A stretch of DNA of 64,000 nucleotides from an uncultured Verrucomicrobiae bacterium. GTDB taxonomy: Bacteria; Verrucomicrobiota; Verrucomicrobiia; Chthoniobacterales; Chthoniobacteraceae. The DNA lies in contig CAWIKF010000002.1 in the NCBI GenBank assembly GCA_963836755.1, forward strand, positions 608,001-672,000. Reading direction: 5' to 3'. The notes under the pieces are model-generated. The model was not told the origin of the DNA, did no database searches, and worked only from the letters and a program-made list of their open reading frames with translations. Shown piece by piece: positions 18,728 to 27,648 of the stretch. The translations under genes were made by a program, and so were the position numbers. The stretch's first letter is position 1. Every line of letters starts with the position of its first letter.

Positions 18728-19576
18728 ATGTCTGACGAAGCCGATAGCTGGCAGGCGATTTTTTTTGCTTCCGCGGCGATTTTCATCGCCTATCAAATGT
18801 TCCGCGGCTGGCGGCTCGGAGTCGTGCGGCAGCTCGTCAATCTTTTCGCCTTGATCCTCGCCTACGGCGTCGCGATTTTCGGCGGCACATCGGTCGTGCC
18901 GGTGCTCCGGCCGCTCGGGTATCCTGACTTCATCGTCTCGCTCGTCGCCGGCTCAATCATGGCGTCGCTCGTGTTTGCCTCGATTTCATTTTTGGGGCGC
19001 ATTTTGTTTCGCCGGACCAATCAGCAAGGGCTTGGCCTGCTGCGACTCGGCTACGGCGTCGGCGGTTCGTTCATCGGGATGGTCTTTGGATTTTTAACGG
19101 TCTGGTTGGTAGTCCTCGCGATCCGTTTGCTCGGGACGGTCGCCGCCACGGAAGCGAGCGCTGCGGAACCGGCCGTGCACAAGTTGCGCGCGCGCACACC
19201 CGCCGAGGCGTTCAGCGACAGCATCGTGCACATGAAAAGTTCGCTCGAGCAAGGAACCGCCGGCGAGATTGTGCAACGGATCGATCCGCTCCCCGCCAAG
19301 GTTTACAAGGTCGCGCAAAAAGTCGGCCTCGTGGCGTCAAACGCGGATAAGATGCAGCGTTTTCTCAGCTATCCGGGCGCGCGCGAGCTGGCACTGCATC
19401 CGCGCATCGTGGCGCTGCAACGCGACCCGGCAGTCACGCGCGAAGTCGCGTCGCGGAACTATCTCGGGCTGATGAAAAATGAAAGCGTCGTGCGCGCTTT
19501 AGACGATCCCGAAGTGACCAAGCTTGTGCGGAATTTCGAGCTGGAAAAGGCGCTCGATTACGCCTTGCAGCAGTAG
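18728..19576 (+). CDS. CvpA family membrane protein
   Basis: MFRGWRLGVVRQL N-terminal motif, four TM helices, soluble C-terminal tail. Confidence 0.7.
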   Translation: MSDEADSWQAIFFASAAIFIAYQMFRGWRLGVVRQLVNLFALILAYGVAIFGGTSVVPVLRPLGYPDFIVSLVAGSIMASLVFASISFLGRILFRRTNQQGLGLLRLGYGVGGSFIGMVFGFLTVWLVVLAIRLLGTVAATEASAAEPAVHKLRARTPAEAFSDSIVHMKSSLEQGTAGEIVQRIDPLPAKVYKVAQKVGLVASNADKMQRFLSYPGARELALHPRIVALQRDPAVTREVASRNYLGLMKNESVVRALDDPEVTKLVRNFELEKALDYALQQ

Positions 19577-19579
19577 CTG

Positions 19580-21166
19580 CTATTCTTTCTGCTCCTCAAA
19601 AGCGGGCGAGTCGGTGATGACAGCCTTGCGAACTTCACTCGTGATGCCGGCGGGAATTCCCGGCGACGACTGCGGGTGAAAATGATCGATATCCAGGCCG
19701 TCGATGTCGTTAAACATTGCCGCAGGCCGAAGATCAGGCGCCTTGAAATCGACGTGGATGTTTGACAGCTCCAGGTCGCGAACATGCCGCGCGAAAATGC
19801 CATAGGCAGGCAGCGTCCCGATGCTTCCGGGCTCCGGGTAACCGCCGCCAAGTTCCTTCGGGACGATGGCCGCGTCTTCCGCAGTGCCGCCTCCTTTGCT
19901 CGTGAGGCGGATGTTTTGCAGTGTGACGCCGACGATCGGCTGCCCCGGCAGACCCATGATCTGGATGCCGCTCATTTTACTGACGCCATCGGCGATGACG
20001 TTTGAGATCAAAATATTTCGCATCCGGCTGGGCTTTGTCGTGTCCGGCGAGCGGTTCCGTTTGCCGAGCGTCAGGTAAATCGCGTAGTCGCCCACGTTGG
20101 TCATCGTGAGATTGGTGACGGTGATATTTTCCAAAATGCCGCCATCCACTTCCTCGAGCGCGAAGCCTTTGCAATTGCGAAAACTGCAATTTGAAATCGC
20201 GCAATTGCGGAAGCCGCCGGTCGCCTCGGTGCCGAATTTGATGCGCCCGTAGCCGCTGCCTTTCATCGTCCCATCGAGCAGCGTTCCTTCCTTGAAACCG
20301 GAGACCTGGCAGTTTGCGATCAGCAAATTTTCGGTGAGACGGACTTCGCCGAGTGCATAAGTGCTTTTCGGGCAAATGCCATCGTCGCCGGGTGAATTCA
20401 CGCGGCAGTTGGAGACGGTCGTGTTGCGGCAGCAATCGAGATCCATGCCGTCGCGATTCGTGTCAATGGTGACATTTTCGATCGTCACATCGTCGCAGCC
20501 GGTGAAAAGAATCGCGAAGTGTCCGCCGTGAAAAATCGTGACGTCGCGCACGACTACGTTGCGGCAAAGTTTTAACGCGAGCGCCTTGTTGCCGAGCCGG
20601 ACGGGCGGGGCGGGCGTGGTCAGCGGCGGATTGATGTTGTTAAAGCTGACCATCGCATCGAGCGAGCCATCGGAGCTGACGAGACCGCCGCCGTTGATCA
20701 TGCCGTGGCCGGTGATGGAAACATTCGTCAAGTTTTCACCCCAGATGAGGCTGTTGTGGAAATAGCAATGGCCGCCGTCCTGAAAACCGCCGAAGCGATA
20801 CGGCTCGGTCTCATCGTAAGCGTTCATGCTCTGCGGCGCGCCGATGATGGTCGCGCCGGCATCGATGAGCAAATGGATGTTGCTCTGCAGATGAATCGAG
20901 CCGCACAAATAATTGCCGGCCGGAACGATCACCGTCCCGCCGCCGGCCTTTGCAGCCGCGTCGATCGCGCGGTCGATCGCAGCGTTGTCCAAAGTTTTTC
21001 CGTCACCGACTGCGCCGAATTTCCGGACGTTAAAAAACACGGCGGCATCCGTTTCGGCCGCGCAAACTTTTTCGGCGAAGCCGGAGAAAATAAACAGCGC
21101 CGCGAGCGGCAAAATGCATTTCGCGCGGAGCAAAATCTGGAGAGAAAACATGCTTGCCTTTCGCAA
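19580..21166 (-). CDS. GH28/pectin lyase-fold glycoside hydrolase, secreted
   Basis: FGAVGDGKTLD, AIDAA...GGGTVIVPAG, NRDGMDLD, DDGICPKS, GRIKFGTE. Confidence 0.88.
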   Translation of the reverse strand: MRKASMFSLQILLRAKCILPLAALFIFSGFAEKVCAAETDAAVFFNVRKFGAVGDGKTLDNAAIDRAIDAAAKAGGGTVIVPAGNYLCGSIHLQSNIHLLIDAGATIIGAPQSMNAYDETEPYRFGGFQDGGHCYFHNSLIWGENLTNVSITGHGMINGGGLVSSDGSLDAMVSFNNINPPLTTPAPPVRLGNKALALKLCRNVVVRDVTIFHGGHFAILFTGCDDVTIENVTIDTNRDGMDLDCCRNTTVSNCRVNSPGDDGICPKSTYALGEVRLTENLLIANCQVSGFKEGTLLDGTMKGSGYGRIKFGTEATGGFRNCAISNCSFRNCKGFALEEVDGGILENITVTNLTMTNVGDYAIYLTLGKRNRSPDTTKPSRMRNILISNVIADGVSKMSGIQIMGLPGQPIVGVTLQNIRLTSKGGGTAEDAAIVPKELGGGYPEPGSIGTLPAYGIFARHVRDLELSNIHVDFKAPDLRPAAMFNDIDGLDIDHFHPQSSPGIPAGITSEVRKAVITDSPAFEEQKE

Positions 21167-21898
21167 CTACTTTTTGCTTTCCGCCAAAAGTTTGTTGAGG
21201 AGCGGGTCCATCGCGTCGGCCCAAATTTTGTAACCGGCTGCGTCGGGATGGAGACGATCTTGGCTCAGCCCTTTCCAGTTCGTGTCGCTTTTGCCATCGG
21301 CGGTTGTCGTGTTGACGGCCGGCATCAACGGCACCAGATCGAGCCAGAAAACTTTTTTGTCATCGGCATATTTTTTAATGATTTCGTTCGTCGCCATCAT
21401 CGTATCCTGCGCGCGCTGGTTCGGCATGATGCTGACCAGAATGATCTTCGCCTCGGGAAAAATTTCCTCCGTCTTATCGAGCACCGCTTTGACGCCCGCG
21501 GCAATTTCCGGCGGCGTGTTCATGCGGTTGTTGGTGCCGATCATGATGACCGCGACCTTTGGCTTGAGGTCTTTGATGTCCTGATGGTCGAGCCGCCAGA
21601 GCACGTTTTGTGTTTTGTCGCCGCCGACTCCGAAATCGAGCGCATTGCGCGACGCGTAATCTTTTTCCCACAGCTCCTTGCCCGCGCGCACCCAGCCTTC
21701 GGTGATCGAGTCGCCGATGAAAATGATGTCACACGGCTTGCCTTTGATCGCAGCGACGCGAGCTTCGCACGCATCCATCGGACTCGGTTTTTTGACAAAG
21801 CGCGCATTGTCCGGCGTGGTGGTGCTGCCGGTCGTTTGCGCGTTTGCGGAGGCGAGAGAAAGAAGAACGGAGGCGAAAAGGGGAACGAGGAATTTCAT
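21167..21898 (-). CDS. SGNH/GDSL esterase (PAF-acetylhydrolase-like), secreted
   Basis: FIGDSITEGW, GVGGDKT, IGTNN, DRLHP. Confidence 0.9.
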   Translation of the reverse strand: MKFLVPLFASVLLSLASANAQTTGSTTTPDNARFVKKPSPMDACEARVAAIKGKPCDIIFIGDSITEGWVRAGKELWEKDYASRNALDFGVGGDKTQNVLWRLDHQDIKDLKPKVAVIMIGTNNRMNTPPEIAAGVKAVLDKTEEIFPEAKIILVSIMPNQRAQDTMMATNEIIKKYADDKKVFWLDLVPLMPAVNTTTADGKSDTNWKGLSQDRLHPDAAGYKIWADAMDPLLNKLLAESKK

Positions 21899-22034
21899 GC
21901 GCGACTTATCCGCCGGGATGCCGGATGTTGGCAACCAATATTCGTGTTTTTGAAAAGCGATCGTTGCTTGATTGAGAGCAAAGTTAAATCGTAAAAAAAC
22001 GCGCATCCCGCCATTCATCACCTTTGAAAATTCC

Positions 22035-22349
22035 ATGATCCGAAAAGCATTCATCATGTCCGTCAACGCCGGCAGCGAAGAAGAATATGAGCGCCGGCAC
22101 AACCCGATCTGGCCCGAGCTCGAGCAGACTTTGAAGGAGCACGGCGCGCACAATTACACGATCTTTCTCGACGCTGAAACGCGGCAGCTTTTTGGCGTCG
22201 TGGAAGTCGAAGACGAGCAGCGCTGGAACGCGATCGCGCAGACGCCGATCTGCCGGAAATGGTGGGCGCACATGCAGGAGATCATGCCGTCAAACCCTGA
22301 TCACAGCCCGATCGCGAGGGAATTGCGCGAAGTTTTTCATCTCGCCTGA
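22035..22349 (+). CDS. rhaM: L-rhamnose mutarotase
   Basis: MIRKAFIM...[13 protein letters not shown]...NYTIFL...KWWAHM...NPDHSP...EVFHL. Confidence 0.93.
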   Translation: MIRKAFIMSVNAGSEEEYERRHNPIWPELEQTLKEHGAHNYTIFLDAETRQLFGVVEVEDEQRWNAIAQTPICRKWWAHMQEIMPSNPDHSPIARELREVFHLA

Positions 22350-22397
22350 CGAATCGCGCGTGCGACTGCATGCGCCGCGCGCGGCGAGTTTTTCTTG

Positions 22398-23639
22398 ATG
22401 ACAAAGTTTGCATTGTTCGGCATCGGCGGCATCGGCGCGTATCATCTCGCTGCGATCGAGCGGCAGGAAAAAGCCGGGCGCGCGCAACTCGTTGCCGTGG
22501 CCGATCCGACGGCCGATCGATTGCCCGCGCAAAAGGCCGCGCTCGAATCGCGCGGAGTCCGCTGGCACATGGACTATCGCGATCTGCTGCGCGAGGAGTC
22601 GCAGCTCGATGCGGTGGTGATTGCGACGCCGATTCCGTTTCATTTTGAGATGGCGCAGGCATGTCTGGAGCGCGGCGTTTTTGTGAACCTGGAAAAGCCG
22701 CCGGTGCCATTGCTCGCGCAGCTTCGGACTTTGATCGCACACGATGGATCGGAGCGCGTGAGCGTCGGTTTTCAAATGATCGGCTCGCGCTGCGTGCAGG
22801 CTTTGAAGGATCTGATTTGCGCGGGAAAAATCGGCGAGGTGCGCGAGATTTTTGCCGGCGGTTGCTGGCCGCGGCTCGGCAATTATTACAGCCGCGCGCG
22901 GTGGGCCGGAAAGATGGCACTCGATGGCCGGCCGATCCTCGACGGGCCCGCGACGAATGCGCTCGCGCATTTGATCCACGACATCATGTTTCTCGCGGCG
23001 GAGGGTCGCGAAGATTTTGCCGTGCCGGTGGAAGTGGCAGGAGAATTGTATCGCGCGCGGCCGATCGAAAGTTACGACATCGCCTGCATGCGCGGGCGGT
23101 TTTCGTCGGGAACAAAGTTCAGCCTCGCGGTCACGCACGCGACGCAGCAAGCCCTTCCTTTTCAAATGGAAATCCGCGCGAGCAACGGCTGGGCACGGCT
23201 CTCAAACGACGGCGCCCTCCTCGAGACGAGCTGCGGAATCGAGATGAGCGAACCTGAGACGACGCAGCAACTTCTTCATCACGATTACGATCATCTGCTC
23301 GATGTGATTGAGGGACGCAGCGAACGTTTTCGCACTCGTTTGCGCGACACGGAAGGTTTTGTCAGCGCGACGAATGGGATGTTTGTTTCCTCCGGCGGAA
23401 TTCATGAAATCGATCCCGCAGCGATCCGGTGCTACGCCGGCGAAGAGGGCGAGGGATTTGACGTCGCGCACTTGCACGAGGCTGTGCTGGAGACGTTGCG
23501 AAGCGGGAAATTGTTTTCCGAGCAAGGCTTCGCCTGGGCTGTGGCCGCGCCGAAAAATGTCGCGCTCGATCCGGTGGAATTGACGCGGCAAATGGAAAAA
23601 TTCGACACGACAAATCGCGACGCGCAGAGTGTGCCCTAA
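22398..23639 (+). CDS. Gfo/Idh/MocA family oxidoreductase
   Basis: GIGGIG, IATPIPFH, LEKPP, VGFQ. Confidence 0.88.
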   Translation: MTKFALFGIGGIGAYHLAAIERQEKAGRAQLVAVADPTADRLPAQKAALESRGVRWHMDYRDLLREESQLDAVVIATPIPFHFEMAQACLERGVFVNLEKPPVPLLAQLRTLIAHDGSERVSVGFQMIGSRCVQALKDLICAGKIGEVREIFAGGCWPRLGNYYSRARWAGKMALDGRPILDGPATNALAHLIHDIMFLAAEGREDFAVPVEVAGELYRARPIESYDIACMRGRFSSGTKFSLAVTHATQQALPFQMEIRASNGWARLSNDGALLETSCGIEMSEPETTQQLLHHDYDHLLDVIEGRSERFRTRLRDTEGFVSATNGMFVSSGGIHEIDPAAIRCYAGEEGEGFDVAHLHEAVLETLRSGKLFSEQGFAWAVAAPKNVALDPVELTRQMEKFDTTNRDAQSVP

Positions 23640-23807
23640 AATTTGAAACGCGCTTTTTTGTGGCGGCCGTCGATTCAGGCTTGCCCGGGAGTCGTTCGCC
23701 GAATCTGCCGGGCACCGAAGCCGGAAACGTCAGTATTTCGCGACAGGCTAAATTTTCTTGGCTGCGAAAAATTTGACCCTTACCGCTGTTAAACTCCCCG
23801 TAAATAA

Positions 23808-24995
23808 GTGCAGAAAGTCATCGAAACCGCTTATACACGACCGAAAGGGTCGCGTGCCATCCACCGTCACGTGCTGCTGTTGCAAGCCTGGTGGGAGGAG
23901 CGGCTCCATCGCGGCGTCGGGATCTATGCGGCGCAACACGGCTGGGTCCTCGATAGCTCGATGCGCGCGCACCATCGGCTGCCGCCCGAGCCGTGGGTCG
24001 GCGACGGAATCATCGCGCATTGCGGCAAATCGCGGCTCGATTCGGACATCGTCGACTTTGCGCTTCGGAGCAGACTTCCAGTGGTCGAGACGCAGATCAC
24101 GGAATGGCTGCCGGGTGCCGGGCGGGTCACACTTTGTCATTCAAAAATCGGCCAGATGGGCGCCGAGCATTTGCTTTCGCTCAATTTCCGCGACCTCGGT
24201 TTCGTCAGCTTTGAGGATAACGCGCTCGAGCTTGCGCGCAGGAAAGCTTTCCGCGAAGCGGCCGAAGCGGCGGGCGCGCGGTTCCATTATTTGAACTACG
24301 CGAATCTGGTTTCGCAGCTTGCTTCACTGCCGCGGCCGATGGCGCTGATGGCCTCGAACGACGCCAATGCCGTCAATGTTCTCCTCGCGCTCAGCGACGC
24401 CGGACGGCGCGTGCCGGAGGAATATGCGATCCTCGGCGCTGACGATGCGGAGATTGTCTGCGACCTCGCGCTGGTTCCGCTGAGCAGCGTGAACTGCAAT
24501 TACGAGCAGCAGGGATACGAGGCGGCGGCGCTGCTCGACAAGATGATGAATGGCGAAGCGGCGCCGCGGGAAGCGATCATCATCAACCCGGCGGGCATCA
24601 CGGTGCGGCGGTCGACGGATGCGATTGCGTTGAGCGATGTCGACAGCGCGCGCTTCCTCCGTTACCTGCGCGACAATTATCTTGAGCACGAAACGTTGAG
24701 CTCGATGGCGCACAAAATCGGCGTGTCGCTGCGCAAGGTGCAAATGATTTTTCGCAAGGAACTTGGCCACGGTCTGCTGGACGAGCTGATCCGGCTGCGG
24801 GTGGAGCATTCAAAAAAATTGCTCACCGATTCCGAGATGAAGATCGAGACGGTGGCCACTGAAAGTGGATTCACCAGCAGGTTTCACTTCATTCGCGCGT
24901 TCAACCGCGTCACCGGCATGACGCCGAAGCGGTATCGGCTAAACGCGAAGGAAGCGGCTCAGGACAGCGTCCGGAGCCCTGCGATGAAGCTGTAA
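23808..24995 (+). CDS. XylR-type transcriptional regulator (periplasmic-binding-fold domain plus AraC HTH)
   Basis: GAEHLL, VPEEYAILGAD, LSSV; C-terminal SGFTSRFHFIRAFNRVTGMTPKRYR. Confidence 0.88.
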   Translation: MQKVIETAYTRPKGSRAIHRHVLLLQAWWEERLHRGVGIYAAQHGWVLDSSMRAHHRLPPEPWVGDGIIAHCGKSRLDSDIVDFALRSRLPVVETQITEWLPGAGRVTLCHSKIGQMGAEHLLSLNFRDLGFVSFEDNALELARRKAFREAAEAAGARFHYLNYANLVSQLASLPRPMALMASNDANAVNVLLALSDAGRRVPEEYAILGADDAEIVCDLALVPLSSVNCNYEQQGYEAAALLDKMMNGEAAPREAIIINPAGITVRRSTDAIALSDVDSARFLRYLRDNYLEHETLSSMAHKIGVSLRKVQMIFRKELGHGLLDELIRLRVEHSKKLLTDSEMKIETVATESGFTSRFHFIRAFNRVTGMTPKRYRLNAKEAAQDSVRSPAMKL

Positions 24996-27310
24996 CTTTG
25001 ACCCGCTTTCATGGGTAAAACACGGACCGTCTCGCCGAGGCGCACCTGACATTCGCCATCGCGATCCGCGCGGATCGTGGCTTTGGACAATTGTCCGCCT
25101 TCCCAGCTGATCGCGACTTCGTAGCCGCCGCGCGCGCGCAGGCCGCTGATTTCGCCCATCGGCCACGCGGCGGGCAGCGCGGGCAGCAGCTCGATCTCGC
25201 CGTTCTGCGACTGCAAAAGCATCTCGGCAATGCCGGCCACGCCGCCAAAGTTGCCGTCGATCTGAAACGGCGGACAGGTGTCGAAAAGGTTCGGCAGCGT
25301 GCTGCCCGCGAGCAATTCCGCGAGCATCTTGTGCGCATGGTCGCCGTCGCCGAGGCGCGCCCAAAAACAAATCTTCCACGCCTTGCTCCAGCCCGTGCCG
25401 CCGTCGCCGCGCAGCTCCAGCGTCCGCTTTGCCGCCGCCGCGAGTTCGGGTGTTCCGCGCCGCGAAATCTGCGCTGCCGGATGCAGCGCAAAGAGATGCG
25501 AGACATGCCGATGGTCTTCCTCCGTTTCCAGAAAATCGTGCTGCCATTCCTGCAACTGCCCGCGCGCGCCGATCTGAAACGGCGGCAACTTTGCCAGCGT
25601 GCTTTCCAGCGTTTCGCGAAAGTCGGCATCGGCTTCGAGAATTGCGGCTGCGCTGATCGTATGGCGAAAAAGTTCGCGGATGATGCTGATGTCCATCGTG
25701 CTGCCGGCGCTGATGCTGGCGATGACGCGCTTTCCGTCCGCGTGGTTGTAAAAAAATGTGTCTTCCGGCGAAGTGCCAATGGGCGTCGTCAGCCGGCCTT
25801 CATCCTCCACCAGCCAGTCGAGGTAAAAAAGCACCGCCTCCTTCACGAGCGGATACGCCGTTTCCAGAAAAGTCCGATCGACGGAAAAGCGGTAGTGCTC
25901 AAAAAGATCGATGCAGAGCCAGCCCGCGCCATTGGGCCAATAAGCGGCCACCGCAGTGTTATCGACGGGCTGCGCCTCCCGCCAAAGCGTCGTGTTGTGA
26001 TGCGCGACCCAGCCGCGGCAGCCATACATCTCCCGCGCGACGCGCCGGCCATCGACCGCCAGCTCGTGCGGCATGCGCAGGTAAGGCTCGGCGCATTCGG
26101 CGAGATTTCCCACCTGCGCCGGCCAGTAATTCATCTCGGCGTTAATGTTCAGCGTGTATTGGCACGCCCACGGCGGAATGATTTCCTCGTTCCAAATCCC
26201 TTGCAGGTTCAGCGGCTGGCCGCCCGCGCGCGACCCGGCGATCATCAGGTAGCGGCCGAATTGGAAATAGAGCGCCGCGAGCGACGGATCGGGAACTTTG
26301 ATCCGCTCGTCCGTCGGCAGATTCGAGCTCTCGCCAAGCGCGATGGTCATTCTGCTGAACAACGGGAGGTAATCCGCTTCGTGCCGCTTCCGGAGTTCGG
26401 CAAAATCAAAGCGTGACGCCGCTTCAAGCGTCGCGAGCGACTTTGCCGCGGAATCTGCTCCTTCGGTCACCGGGTCTTTGTCGAAGCCGTTGAAACTCGA
26501 CGCGGCGGTGTAGATGAGCACCGCCTCATCCGCGCCGGAAATTTCCAGCGCATCGCCGACGGCGGAAATGTTCCCGCCGCTGATTTTCACCTCCACCCGC
26601 GCGTCGAAAAAAACCCCGCGCCCGTTGTAAAGAACCTGCGCGGCGTTTGGCAGCCGCCGCCCATCCTTGTCCCAAACCTCCGGGTATTTCCACGTATCGC
26701 CCTTTTCCTCCACCCAATCGAGAGGGCGGCGCAGCACGAAGCCGGGCACCTGGCCACGCATCGACAGCCGCTCGCCCTCCGCGCGCGTTTCCACCGGATG
26801 CGGCGATGCGAGGCGCACGCGGAAGTTCAGGTTGCCGGGCCCGTTGGCGGAGAGGCGAATCGCGATCAGCTCATCGGGATGGCTGGCAAAAATTTCACGC
26901 GTGAAGGCAACTCCGCCAGCGGTGTAGCGGATGCGGCAGAGGGCGTTGGCGAGATCGAGTTCGCGCTCGTAATTTTCCGCGGCATCCATGGCGTCAAAGT
27001 CGAGGAATAGATCGCCGAGCGGCTGGTAACAGGCCCAGCAGGCGCCCAGCCATTTTTCCTCGACCAGCCGCGACGCCTCGGCGAAATCGCCGCGCGCGAG
27101 CGCCGAGCTGATCGCGGCGCGATCGACGCGGGCATCGAGCGGCAAATCGCGGTAGCCGGGATGGCCGGAGACGAGCGTCGATTCGTTCAATTGCAGGCGC
27201 TCCTGGCTGACGCCGCCAAAGATCATCGCGCCGAGCCGTCCGTTGCCGATCGGGAGCGCCTCGTCCCAGATCGCCGCCGGCTTTTTGAACCAAAGTTTTA
27301 AATCGCTCAT
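24959..27310 (-). CDS. GH95 alpha-L-fucosidase family
   Basis: ALPIGNGRLGAM, FQFGRYLMI, NINAEMNYW, HRHVSHL, PPFQIDGNFG. The real start is MSDLKLW at 27310. Confidence 0.93.
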   Translation of the reverse strand: MSDLKLWFKKPAAIWDEALPIGNGRLGAMIFGGVSQERLQLNESTLVSGHPGYRDLPLDARVDRAAISSALARGDFAEASRLVEEKWLGACWACYQPLGDLFLDFDAMDAAENYERELDLANALCRIRYTAGGVAFTREIFASHPDELIAIRLSANGPGNLNFRVRLASPHPVETRAEGERLSMRGQVPGFVLRRPLDWVEEKGDTWKYPEVWDKDGRRLPNAAQVLYNGRGVFFDARVEVKISGGNISAVGDALEISGADEAVLIYTAASSFNGFDKDPVTEGADSAAKSLATLEAASRFDFAELRKRHEADYLPLFSRMTIALGESSNLPTDERIKVPDPSLAALYFQFGRYLMIAGSRAGGQPLNLQGIWNEEIIPPWACQYTLNINAEMNYWPAQVGNLAECAEPYLRMPHELAVDGRRVAREMYGCRGWVAHHNTTLWREAQPVDNTAVAAYWPNGAGWLCIDLFEHYRFSVDRTFLETAYPLVKEAVLFYLDWLVEDEGRLTTPIGTSPEDTFFYNHADGKRVIASISAGSTMDISIIRELFRHTISAAAILEADADFRETLESTLAKLPPFQIGARGQLQEWQHDFLETEEDHRHVSHLFALHPAAQISRRGTPELAAAAKRTLELRGDGGTGWSKAWKICFWARLGDGDHAHKMLAELLAGSTLPNLFDTCPPFQIDGNFGGVAGIAEMLLQSQNGEIELLPALPAAWPMGEISGLRARGGYEVAISWEGGQLSKATIRADRDGECQVRLGETVRVLPMKAGQSYSFIAGLRTLS

Positions 27311-27402
27311 GGGAGGAATTCTGCTGCAAGTCGTCTCATTTCGCCGGCTTTTGCGCAACATTTCGATTGGAGTTTGGGAGGCGAACGCCAACCTGCATGC
27401 AT

Positions 27403-27548
27403 GCGGAATGGTTCTGGAAGGATGCGGAACGGTTCTGGAAGCACGCGGAACCGTTCCGTATTCATGGGGAGACTCTCCGGAGCGATGCGGAGTTCTCTGG
27501 ACCGGTGCGGCGCCACTCTGGAAAGATACGGAGCCATGCGGGGGGAAT
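27403..27548. repeat. Degenerate ~21-bp tandem array (~7 units, GCGGAANNNTTCTGGAAG-like)
   Basis: Units begin at 27403, 27424, 27445, 27466, 27487, 27507 and 27528. Confidence 0.8.
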
Positions 27549-27648
27549 GCTTCGCATACTTTCACGCAGGCTACGGAAGGAGGCTTTTTCCACGCGGCGC
27601 GCTCTTTAAACGTTGACAGCCGCGTGAACATTCCTGACTTATCTTTTC

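Noticed and set aside
27311..27631. N-terminal extension of GH95 in the ORF track
   Set aside because: It runs through the repeat array and divergent promoter region; family homology begins at MSDLKLW (27310).
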